Positions 29,749 to 38,279 of a stretch of DNA of 64,000 nt are shown here, piece by piece. The notes beneath the pieces were generated by a model. The model did no database searches and was not told where the DNA came from. It saw only the letters and a list, made by a program, of their open reading frames with translations. The DNA comes from Verrucomicrobiota bacterium (GTDB lineage: Bacteria; Verrucomicrobiota; Verrucomicrobiia; Opitutales; Cerasicoccaceae), in the NCBI GenBank assembly GCA_039818205.1, contig JBCBUK010000007.1, positions 193,675 through 257,674 of the forward strand, written 5' to 3'. Position 1 is the first letter of the stretch. Every line of letters starts with the position of its first letter. A program made the position numbers and the translations under genes.

Positions 29749-30423
29749 TTATCGACGCATACGGCGCATCAAGAGAAGTCCACTGGCAACACCAAAGATA
29801 AGCGCATAAGTCGAGGGTTCTGGAATGACAGTTCCTTCGAATGCGTTTCCGCTATCAAGTTGCATCGCGAAACTCGCAGAATGGGCGATCGAATCCCATT
29901 CTATGGTAAAGTCAGAAATCGTTACGCCAATAGCAGAGAGATCCCACTGATATGCATTAATCGTGGAGGGGCTTCCGCCAAAAGCGAAATTTCCAGACAT
30001 ATTTTCTGAAATATCTGCAGCGAGCTCTTGCGCTCCACCATTATAGCTCAATGTCGGGCCACCAGAAATCGCGCCGACCATATCAATCTGAAAAACGACT
30101 GTTTCGAGACCTGAGATTGGAGAAGACGCACTAATGAAGAACGAACCAGGAGTGTCGAAATTATAGATCGAAGTCGAAGCCGGGTATCCACCGCCCCCAG
30201 CAACCTTGTCAAACGTGACAGATCCGACGTCCGCGGAAATTGGAGTGCTCCATCCAGCCGTGTTCGTAAAGAAGCTATTGTAGCCCGATGAGGTAGGATA
30301 GTTTGATGAGTTCAGATCCTCCCAGCTTGACCGTTGTGAAAGTCCGGGGAGAGCTACGTTTAAGACTCCAAAACTGGGCGTGAGACCGGCCAGTAGTGCC
30401 GTGAGAATGAGTTCTTTTTTCAT
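29749..30423 (-). CDS. PEP-CTERM sorting domain protein
   Basis: Signal peptide; C-terminal IPEPSTYALIFGVASGLLLMRRMRR. Confidence 0.92.
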   Translation of the reverse strand: MKKELILTALLAGLTPSFGVLNVALPGLSQRSSWEDLNSSNYPTSSGYNSFFTNTAGWSTPISADVGSVTFDKVAGGGGYPASTSIYNFDTPGSFFISASSPISGLETVVFQIDMVGAISGGPTLSYNGGAQELAADISENMSGNFAFGGSPSTINAYQWDLSAIGVTISDFTIEWDSIAHSASFAMQLDSGNAFEGTVIPEPSTYALIFGVASGLLLMRRMRR

Positions 30424-30455
30424 TGATTATTGAGTAGTTGACAGTGCCAATTCGA

Positions 30456-30552
30456 TTGAAACTCGGTCTCAATCGCAAATATGGTGCGACTAAATCTCAA
30501 CATTATACTTGAAGTCAACAGAAAATTTAAATTTATTGCAATCAAGTCTCAT
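30456..30552. promoter_or_regulatory. Three 17-bp palindromic operators in a divergent promoter
   Basis: TTGAAACTCGGTCTCAA (30456-72), GTGCGACTAAATCTCAA (30484-500), TTGCAATCAAGTCTCAT (30536-52). Confidence 0.7.
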
Positions 30553-30607
30553 GTGCATGAAGATTGTGTCATATTGCTAACCATTTAATAAACAATAAGC
30601 TACAAAG

Positions 30608-31063
30608 ATGAACTCCCTCCCTATTGACATTATTTATGGAACCGTTACCGGAAATGCCCAAGATCTAGCCGAAAAACTGTCTGATCGATGCGATCAAATC
30701 TCAATACCATGCACGCTGACTGCCGCGGAGGACTGGGACAATGAGCGCTTTAAACAACCAAATCGGAGAACCGTATTGATATTCTCAACCTGGGGTGATG
30801 GCGAGCCGCCTGACGACGCGATTGAATTCTGCGAGAACATCTACGACAAGAAAGTCGATGTGCACCAGCTCCAGTATGTTGTGGTCGCTCTTGGCGACAG
30901 CGCCTACGATGATTTTTGCGGATGCGGTCGGCGGCTCGATGAGTCCTTAAGTGCTGCTGGCGCAACCAAGATCATGGACCGAGTAGAGCTCGATGTCGAT
31001 TTCGATGATGATTTCGACGCCTGGATGGAAAACTTTCTGAACGGCGCAACCGCACCCTGCTAA
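30608..31063 (+). CDS. Flavodoxin (short-chain, MioC/CysJ-N-like)
   Basis: YGTVTGNA, STWGDGEPPD and LGDSAYDDFCG FMN-binding motifs. Confidence 0.92.
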   Translation: MNSLPIDIIYGTVTGNAQDLAEKLSDRCDQISIPCTLTAAEDWDNERFKQPNRRTVLIFSTWGDGEPPDDAIEFCENIYDKKVDVHQLQYVVVALGDSAYDDFCGCGRRLDESLSAAGATKIMDRVELDVDFDDDFDAWMENFLNGATAPC

Positions 31064-31082
31064 AACTATCCTCACTACCACA

Positions 31083-32039
31083 ATGAAGAAAGATCCTTTA
31101 TCATCTAAGAAAAAGAACTGCGGTTCGGTGCCAGAACAGTGCCCTTGCTGCAAAAGCACTCAACTCGAGGTCGAACGGGCATGCGAACTGCAGCCTCAGT
31201 TTAACGAAATCCTTGGCGACCTTTCAAAGCTTGGGTTGCTACTCTGCTTCGCCCGTAACCGAAGTTGCAGTATTGGTGTCGCCGGATGCGTTCCCGACCT
31301 ACTGACCGACAAAACATCCTCAGCTGGTTGCAACTACGATATGAACCTACACCTGAACACGCCCGCCTGGCAATACGCCTACTCAGTGCATGAACGGAAT
31401 AGCAATGGGGGTTCTTTCATCGGCATGGAGTTTTTCGACAAGAATCACAATGGCCTATTTCGCATAGCACTAACGCCTGATTCCGAGGTACAAGAATTCC
31501 AGAACATCACTCGAAACTACTATCGCCGCCCAGTCTCAGCAGAGGAGATCGGCACCTGGAGGCGAATGGCAGAACTAACGCCTTTGAACGAGGCGAACCA
31601 CACACCTATCAGCGAGAGCTTTATACAAAAAGACTCTTGGAGTGCGCCGCTCGTGAGTTCCGAACGACAGGAAACGAACGATGAAATGGGCTTTAGCGGC
31701 CACCTACCGCTCTGCCGCACAGCGCTCGCCGAAGCGCTCAACGACAACGCGGAGTTAGTTCTTACTGTTGCTGGCGGCTTCGGGCGCGTATGCACAACCT
31801 TTGCCCCGAAAGTCTTGGAAGATGCTCAGCGAGGTTGGCTATTTGCCGGCGGAGACGGCCGAATGCTACGCTTTAATCCGTGTGCAGTTGCGACCTATTG
31901 GATCGGGAAGCATGAAACCCCAAAAGAGTCTTACAGCTACCTAGAAGCAGTCGATTGCTTTGGTGACTTGATTCTAAGAATCACGTCCTACAACCCCGAC
32001 AGCCATCGGAATTGGCAAGCACTTGCCTCTGCATTCTAG
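31083..32039 (+). CDS. Divergent HemS/ChuS/ChuX-like heme-utilisation protein
   Basis: Two repeated domains with the HemS-like pattern (LGLLLCFARN...NLHLN...WQYAYSVHE...MEFFD...LFRIALTPDS) in an iron context. Confidence 0.6.
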   Translation: MKKDPLSSKKKNCGSVPEQCPCCKSTQLEVERACELQPQFNEILGDLSKLGLLLCFARNRSCSIGVAGCVPDLLTDKTSSAGCNYDMNLHLNTPAWQYAYSVHERNSNGGSFIGMEFFDKNHNGLFRIALTPDSEVQEFQNITRNYYRRPVSAEEIGTWRRMAELTPLNEANHTPISESFIQKDSWSAPLVSSERQETNDEMGFSGHLPLCRTALAEALNDNAELVLTVAGGFGRVCTTFAPKVLEDAQRGWLFAGGDGRMLRFNPCAVATYWIGKHETPKESYSYLEAVDCFGDLILRITSYNPDSHRNWQALASAF

Positions 32040-32132
32040 CCGAAAATTAGCAACGTTAAGAATACATTCGGGCTGAAAGAAACAATCAGATCTCTCTGAC
32101 CCGAACCCCAACAACAATTGGCCAAACGAGTC

Positions 32133-32603
32133 CTAGCGGTTGCAACTACAACCGATCCTTATCTGTTCGAATCGAGCACGGATATGGACTGAGATTTCGG
32201 CGTCTTCATGGCTGCGGTTAGGATGAAGATATCGCCGACGCAACTCTCGGCAGGAATCTTCTACAGGAATCGTTTCTCCGCAATCCTCGCAAAAAATATA
32301 GACCCTCGCACTGGATCTAATAACTACTTCATACAGTTGTTTTTTTTCAATTCCAACAACACGACGAATCAACTTACATTCCTCAAGAAGAGATAGTGTG
32401 CGATAGATGGATGTAATGGAAATCGAGCGATCCTCAGAACGAACGACTTCGAACAACTCTCGAGCATTGAACGCTCTATCGTAGACAAAGAGTGATCTTA
32501 CAATCAATCGCCGGGCACTCGAAACCTTGTGACCGGAAACCCTAATCGTGTTCTCGAAATGCTCGAGAACATCAGAATGATCAATGTCATAGGATTCGTC
32601 CAT
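32133..32603 (-). CDS. Fur-family transcriptional regulator, degenerate metal site
   Basis: Fur winged helix (ISITSIYRTLSLLEECKLI) and CEDCG retained; the His-rich motif is absent. Confidence 0.82.
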   Translation of the reverse strand: MDESYDIDHSDVLEHFENTIRVSGHKVSSARRLIVRSLFVYDRAFNARELFEVVRSEDRSISITSIYRTLSLLEECKLIRRVVGIEKKQLYEVVIRSSARVYIFCEDCGETIPVEDSCRELRRRYLHPNRSHEDAEISVHIRARFEQIRIGCSCNR

Positions 32604-32867
32604 TGTGAGAGGGGTTTAACCGCAGATTGAAGAACGAGACTTTCGATAAGGACCAATCAAACTACATCGATGATACTGTGTCACAAGTGCATCGAGCCTT
32701 TTTTTTGGCCCCAGAAGAAGTTAGACTGTCTGTTCAGCTTGCCTTGGAACTCAAAAGGACCTGGATAGCGGGCGCTAAATTTTCGTCCCCAGGCCAATCG
32801 CAATAAGAAAAGTCTCTCAACAAAGAGGCACACCGCTTCGTTCCTCGCCTAAAGATCACTTCAGCTA

Positions 32868-32972
32868 ATGCAATGAATTAGCATTTTTGAAAAAGGCGTT
32901 TTTAAAACTGAAAAACCAATTTTCCTCTTGAAAACGAGTCGCATTATCCATCTTCTCGCAACTGCGTCGCAT
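32868..32972. promoter_or_regulatory. 17-bp operator copies upstream of the pilin operon
   Basis: TTGAAAACGAGTCGCAT (32928-44), TCGCAACTGCGTCGCAT (32956-72), and a weaker ATGCAATGAATTAGCAT (32868-84). Confidence 0.6.
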
Positions 32973-33021
32973 TCTCACGGAAAACCTGTGTTGCCCGCAA
33001 AAATTCTAAATAATATAAACC

Positions 33022-33792
33022 ATGACTACCAAACCACAAAACAAGCGCTACAAGTCGCACAAGGGTCTTACTCTTGTTGAGCTACTCGTAGTTCTCGTAG
33101 TACTCGTCGCTACAGGCGGTCTGCTCGTTCCAACTATTAACAACGCTTTGTCACGTAGCCACGTCGCTACCTGCGCAACTTCTTTCCCTGAAGTTCATCA
33201 GATGATGCAACGAGTTCAGATCGAAGCCGGCCAATTCGGAACTGACTTCGATTCAGGCCTGGACACTGCAGACACCACCACTCCTGTTAACTCGGTGCCA
33301 TTCGCAGGTGCAACTCTTCAAGCTGTTGCATTGACTGCCGCCGAAGCTGATGCGCTGGCTGCAGTCGGTATCACTACCGTCGTTGATCACGACGCAACTG
33401 CCGCTGACTACAACGTCACCTTCAATATCGGCTCAACACAACGGACACTTGGTGACGGCGAAGAAGTCATCACTTTGACCGACGCCCAAGCTGACGGAGT
33501 ATTCCTCCCAAGCGCTGGTGCAGAGAAGTACATCTGGCTCGGCATTGGCCGCGACTGGTCGCTGCTCAGCACTTTGGCTCCAGAACCACCAGTTCACTTC
33601 GGTGACACACCAGGTTCTTTGCCAGACGAAGTTCACTCTCGTTTCGGTATCATCATGCAAGTAGCAGACGAAGCTGGTGACGCTCTCGAAGCAGCTGAGT
33701 TCAAGCGTATCAGCTACTGCATCGACGGTGACGGTTTCGAAACTGGCGACAACCACATCGAAGTCTACTGGCAAGAGATTGCCCAGAACTAG
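33022..33792 (+). CDS. Type IV prepilin-like protein (candidate major pilin)
   Basis: Class III signal KSHKG|LTLVELLVVL with E5. Confidence 0.9.
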   Translation: MTTKPQNKRYKSHKGLTLVELLVVLVVLVATGGLLVPTINNALSRSHVATCATSFPEVHQMMQRVQIEAGQFGTDFDSGLDTADTTTPVNSVPFAGATLQAVALTAAEADALAAVGITTVVDHDATAADYNVTFNIGSTQRTLGDGEEVITLTDAQADGVFLPSAGAEKYIWLGIGRDWSLLSTLAPEPPVHFGDTPGSLPDEVHSRFGIIMQVADEAGDALEAAEFKRISYCIDGDGFETGDNHIEVYWQEIAQN

Positions 33793-33828
33793 TTTCTTGC
33801 TAGTTACAGACCGTCAAATGTTTAAGAC

Positions 33829-33859
33829 GGGGCGCATCGAGCAACTCTCGATGCGTCCC
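33829..33859 (+). terminator. Intra-operon hairpin after the first pilin
   Basis: GGGGCGCATCGAG-CAACT-CTCGATGCGTCCC followed by TTCTCCATTTTT. Confidence 0.65.
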
Positions 33860-33885
33860 TTCTCCATTTTTAAGATTCAAATACG

Positions 33886-34644
33886 ATGAAAAGAAAAACA
33901 GCACATTTCCCCGATCGCCATAGCGGTTTGACCCTCGTTGAACTACTCGTCGTACTGACAATCATTACGGCGGTCGCTACAATCATTATTCCGATCCTTC
34001 CAGACACTAACCAACTGTCGAACGGTTCAACCGGATCAGGAAATATGCGAGAAGTCATCAAGGCCGTTGAGACACATCGCAGTGCAACTGGCAGCTACCC
34101 GAATAGCTGGGATAGCCTAATTGATGCCGACGGAGATATTCTACCAACCGGAGGAACGGCTGATCTCGAAGTGCTAGACATCAGCTCTCCGACCGCGAAT
34201 TCCGACGAGGAAGCAATCGCCAATGCCCTGGCAAATGCAGATATCACCGAGGCATTTCAACACAACGACTTTACTGATACAGGAGTAAATCAGACCTTCG
34301 CTGGCGTAAACAACGCCGTAGACGAACTTGGAGCTGGAAATGTAGCGGTTCTCACGACAGCCGGTGAACTTGGCCTCGGATTGAATGCAAGTGGCGGCGA
34401 CATCGTCCGCTATGTTGCATTTGGCCTTGGAAACAACAGCACAATGATTGGACGTACAATGGCTGATGCTCCCGTCAAGTTTCTTGGCGGCGGAGACAAC
34501 CCTAGAAGCCAATACGCGCGTTGGATTGTCGTCTTTAGCGTATTCTCTGATGAGTCCCTCCGCCTAGCGACGGTCGCAGGACTTGATGATGATCAGCTGC
34601 GCGGAATCAATTTCCACATCGACGGATTTTACGACGCATTCTAG
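33886..34644 (+). CDS. Type IV prepilin-like protein, paralogous to the first
   Basis: RHSG|LTLVELLVVL; shares WDS/FDS, GLG/GIG and APV/PPV motifs with 33022-33792. Confidence 0.9.
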   Translation: MKRKTAHFPDRHSGLTLVELLVVLTIITAVATIIIPILPDTNQLSNGSTGSGNMREVIKAVETHRSATGSYPNSWDSLIDADGDILPTGGTADLEVLDISSPTANSDEEAIANALANADITEAFQHNDFTDTGVNQTFAGVNNAVDELGAGNVAVLTTAGELGLGLNASGGDIVRYVAFGLGNNSTMIGRTMADAPVKFLGGGDNPRSQYARWIVVFSVFSDESLRLATVAGLDDDQLRGINFHIDGFYDAF

Positions 34645-34702
34645 AGCATTTTGATAGTTTCTTGGGTAAGCTCTCTCATCCTTCTCTGTGCACAGTTCCA
34701 CT

Positions 34703-35314
34703 ATGCTAGGCTTTAGATCCATTAATCGGCGACAGACAAGTGGCTTCACTTTGCTTGAGCTTCTCACCGTCCTCACAATCATGGCAGCCGTCGGTGGAAT
34801 TGTTGTCACCACCTTAGGCAGCGGGCTTACCGTTGTTGATGGTGCCGGAAGGAGCGTAACAGGAGAAGCGGTTGCAACGCAGGCCACATTTATTGAGATT
34901 GAAAAAGCCCTGATGGGAAGTCGCGAGCAAAGCGGCTATCATACCCATAACTTGGAACTACCGTCGCGCATCGCTGGTCTGCTTATCGATGTCGACGGCC
35001 TCGGCAGTTTTGATTTCACCAGTCATCTCGGCTGGAACGGCCCTTACCTGTTTGACACCGGTGCCCGCTATGGCGACGCAACCGAGCCAGCCGATGCCGA
35101 CAACTTCACCTCAACATATGGGAATGACAGCGACCCCGCAATTCTGGATGCCTGGGGGAAGCCAATTGTGCTTCAACAATCAGATACAACGGACGCCCGC
35201 CTGGTTTCTGCAGGACCAAATCAGATTCTTGAAACAGACCCAAGCAATGCAGTCGATGCTGATCGTGGAGACGATCTAGTTCGCTTCTTACTGACGATTG
35301 ACCCCAACCTTTAG
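34703..35314 (+). CDS. Prepilin / GspG-like pseudopilin
   Basis: TSG|FTLLELLTV, GWNGPYL, DAWGKPI...LVSAGPNQ. Confidence 0.88.
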   Translation: MLGFRSINRRQTSGFTLLELLTVLTIMAAVGGIVVTTLGSGLTVVDGAGRSVTGEAVATQATFIEIEKALMGSREQSGYHTHNLELPSRIAGLLIDVDGLGSFDFTSHLGWNGPYLFDTGARYGDATEPADADNFTSTYGNDSDPAILDAWGKPIVLQQSDTTDARLVSAGPNQILETDPSNAVDADRGDDLVRFLLTIDPNL

Positions 35315-35348
35315 CCGAGTGCCCTACTCTTCGAAAACAAAGCCTCCT

Positions 35349-36314
35349 ATGTCTACAGGTCTAACACTTGTGGAGTTGTTGGTTGTACTTAGCATTCTCG
35401 CGGTAATCTCAACCGTCGCCTTAAGGAGTATTGCACAAATTACCGAGGAAAAGCGTTTCAGCGCAAATATCACCCAACTTGAAGAAATCCGAGAATCCGT
35501 TCTTGGAGGCGATGATGCAGGCGGTTTCATCGGAGACATCGGGCGTCTACCGGTTGCTCAAGGTTCTATCGTCGATGAGCAACTCTCCGAGCTTTGGGAC
35601 GGAGGAAGCCTCCCTGCCTACTCGATACAAACGCCAAGCGGCGACAGCGAGGTTCAACTCGGGGTTGGTTGGAGAGGGCCTTACATCAACCTCGGAATCA
35701 ATCGCAACAGTCTTTCCGATGGGTTTGGAAAAACACTTGTCTTCTACGAAGCAGACGGCGATTCAGCTACGAATGGCGAGGAAATCGCAATTGTCCAAAG
35801 TCTCGGCGTCGACGGAGCATCGGGTGGAAGTGGTGTCAACAGTGACACCGCAGTTGCTCTCGAAGCCCAATCTGGAGCAGTCTCCCAAGGGCTCTCTAAT
35901 GTTGAAATGAGTAACAGCGAAGATGTTGTTGTCATCGTTCAGAACGAATCTGGCAATATCTTGGAAAGCGATGGACAGTTTATCCTCGTTCGCGCCTATG
36001 GAGCTAGTTTTGCCGCCGACGGTAGCGGTGGTCTTCAAACGCTTGGTCAAGCAAAGTATGATTTTACCGATGCTGGCGACAATCCGGGAGGTGTAACTGA
36101 GATAGCATCACGTTCATTCACACTTAACAGTCTTCCCTACGGCCCAAAAGTTTTTCGTGCTTACCAAGTAGACGATTCAACCCTACCAGGGATCAATGAT
36201 GATTTGACTGAACAGCCTGCTGTAGCACCAACTGCCGAGCGGATTTCTGTTGCTACAGCAATCGTCGTCCAGGGAAGAACTAACGTGCTCAACCTAACAC
36301 TGCTTCAACGCTAA
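35349..36314 (+). CDS. Prepilin / GspG-like pseudopilin with C-terminal extension
   Basis: STG|LTLVELLVV, GWRGPYI, DGFGK...VQSLGVDG. Start uncertain (35298-35349). Confidence 0.85.
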   Translation: MSTGLTLVELLVVLSILAVISTVALRSIAQITEEKRFSANITQLEEIRESVLGGDDAGGFIGDIGRLPVAQGSIVDEQLSELWDGGSLPAYSIQTPSGDSEVQLGVGWRGPYINLGINRNSLSDGFGKTLVFYEADGDSATNGEEIAIVQSLGVDGASGGSGVNSDTAVALEAQSGAVSQGLSNVEMSNSEDVVVIVQNESGNILESDGQFILVRAYGASFAADGSGGLQTLGQAKYDFTDAGDNPGGVTEIASRSFTLNSLPYGPKVFRAYQVDDSTLPGINDDLTEQPAVAPTAERISVATAIVVQGRTNVLNLTLLQR

Positions 36315-36315
36315 G

Positions 36316-37713
36316 ATGGCTAATCCATTTTCAAATCGTCCGGCGAAAACAGTCTTAGTGGATACGGGGCACGGCTACTTTCGGGTAGATCTAGGCCAGA
36401 AAGCAGGTCGCTTTCAAGTTCTCCGTGTCATTACTAACGGCGATTCATCTGAATCAGCCCGTTCAGACGATTTCTTTGAAGATGCGTTAGCCGTTGACGA
36501 CGGAGCTTGGATTACCGCCCTTCTGCAACTAAAGCCAAAGCCGGCTGCGGCAGTTAAAGTGCTCAGCGCGAAGGTCGCGGCGGCTGTGATGGAAATGCCT
36601 TACCTCAGTGGAGAAAGCGAGGGGGAATCGGTTTCGATGGAGCTTGAGAGCCTAACAGGCTTGAGCACTGTTGAATCACAATGGACTTGGAAACGGCTCC
36701 CCAGCGAAGAGGGCTTATTGAGAGCATGGGCAATCCAAGCTTCATTTGAACAGCTAATGGCTTGGCGTAACGTAGTCGGCTCAGTTCGCGGATGCCACTT
36801 GGCAGCGGTCTGCCACCCCGGCGGGATACAGTTAGGAACTGTTTCACAGCTAGAGCTTTGGCCCGGTTTAGCCCTCTATCAGCAGACCGACACCAATGCA
36901 CGCAATCTCCAGGGTTGGTCAGGAGAAGGCTCCAGCATCTCGGCTGTGGCCGATGTCTCAGTAGGCGACTCAATTTCTCGAGGTAACCTACTTTTACTAC
37001 TTCCCAATGGAGAAATTCCCGCTGAGGCAAGTGATTGTGCTACGATACGGTTGGATGAGGAAGCAGGTCGCCTAAAATGGGCTGAACATCTCGCCGAAGC
37101 ATTGGACCCTTTGAGTAAATCTCTCGAAGCGCTTCCGCGGCTCGTGATTCCCAAACCCGAGATGTCCAATCGCGAGTTGGCTCTCGTAACCGCGGGAGTA
37201 ACGGGTGCCGCAGTTCTTCTTGCAGTAGCACACTTCGCTTTCGTTAAGACATCCAGTAAAAACCTCGAGCAACAAGTTGCTTCAATGAGACTGCCTGTGG
37301 AAGAGGTTCGGGATGGCGAGAAAAAGATCAATGACCTTAAGCGAGAGCTTAGAAGGTTACAGGGCAAAAGAAGCGACGAACCGTTTGATGTAAGCGCTCA
37401 TCGCTCTCGGATGGCAAGTCTATTGCATCTTCTAGCCCATGCAGTCAATGAGGAGGTAGTCATGCAAGGTATCGAAAGCCGCGGCTTGGATATAATGGTT
37501 TCCGGAGTCTCGGCATCGTCACAAGGGCCCGCCAACTATGTCCGCTCCTTAAACCAATTTGTCACCGATACTGGATGGCGTGCAACGCTTGCTGGTCGTG
37601 ATGCGACTCTTGTATTTCCAGATGGTGGCCCGTGGACGTTTACTGTGGAGCTCTCACCGGCGAACGATAGCCTAGCGAGCGCCCAGGCAAACCAAGGGAG
37701 GACTCAACCTTGA
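36316..37713 (+). CDS. GspL / PilM-PilN-like assembly platform protein
   Basis: Large cytoplasmic region, single TM, coiled coil and a PilN-like C-terminal domain; operon position. Confidence 0.65.
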   Translation: MANPFSNRPAKTVLVDTGHGYFRVDLGQKAGRFQVLRVITNGDSSESARSDDFFEDALAVDDGAWITALLQLKPKPAAAVKVLSAKVAAAVMEMPYLSGESEGESVSMELESLTGLSTVESQWTWKRLPSEEGLLRAWAIQASFEQLMAWRNVVGSVRGCHLAAVCHPGGIQLGTVSQLELWPGLALYQQTDTNARNLQGWSGEGSSISAVADVSVGDSISRGNLLLLLPNGEIPAEASDCATIRLDEEAGRLKWAEHLAEALDPLSKSLEALPRLVIPKPEMSNRELALVTAGVTGAAVLLAVAHFAFVKTSSKNLEQQVASMRLPVEEVRDGEKKINDLKRELRRLQGKRSDEPFDVSAHRSRMASLLHLLAHAVNEEVVMQGIESRGLDIMVSGVSASSQGPANYVRSLNQFVTDTGWRATLAGRDATLVFPDGGPWTFTVELSPANDSLASAQANQGRTQP

Positions 37714-38279
37714 ATAGTTTATCCAAGAGAGATCGCCTTTTGCTCACAGTATTACCCGCCGCAGTACTGCTGTTAATTTATGGCTTTTTCATTTCGAAGC
37801 CTGCCATGAATGAATTGAAGGAACTACAGCGCCAAGCTGATGCTCTCCAAACACGCATGCCTCCTCAAGCCGAGCGAGCCAGAGTCCGCCAGGAACAGGT
37901 TAAGTTGAATTCGCAGGTTCAGAAGCTCAAAAAAAACAATGGCTCAGGTTCGGGTACACCGGCACTGGTACCAACTTCTGATGCAACGATGCGTGCCGAT
38001 GCTTTATTCGAGGCACTACTTGAGCAACATCGAGTTATCTTGATGAGCGAGGCGATAGCGGAAACTAACGATACACGTGCCTTTCGTCGAATCACCGACA
38101 ATAGTCCAGGCACCACCCTCTGGAAAATTGAACTTGCTGGCAATTACGCCAATGTTGCCCATTTGCTCGCCGCTCTCGGAGAGACTCATCTTCCCATAAC
38201 GCCGGTTGCACTAGAGATGGATGCCAGCCTTCAAACAAAATCCGATCTTCGTCGGTGGTATCTCTGGAGTTACCGATAA
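37710..38279 (+). CDS. GspM / PilO / MshJ-like protein
   Basis: LSKRDRLLL start, TM, coiled coil, IELAGNYANVAHLLAAL motif. Confidence 0.7.
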   Translation: MNSLSKRDRLLLTVLPAAVLLLIYGFFISKPAMNELKELQRQADALQTRMPPQAERARVRQEQVKLNSQVQKLKKNNGSGSGTPALVPTSDATMRADALFEALLEQHRVILMSEAIAETNDTRAFRRITDNSPGTTLWKIELAGNYANVAHLLAALGETHLPITPVALEMDASLQTKSDLRRWYLWSYR

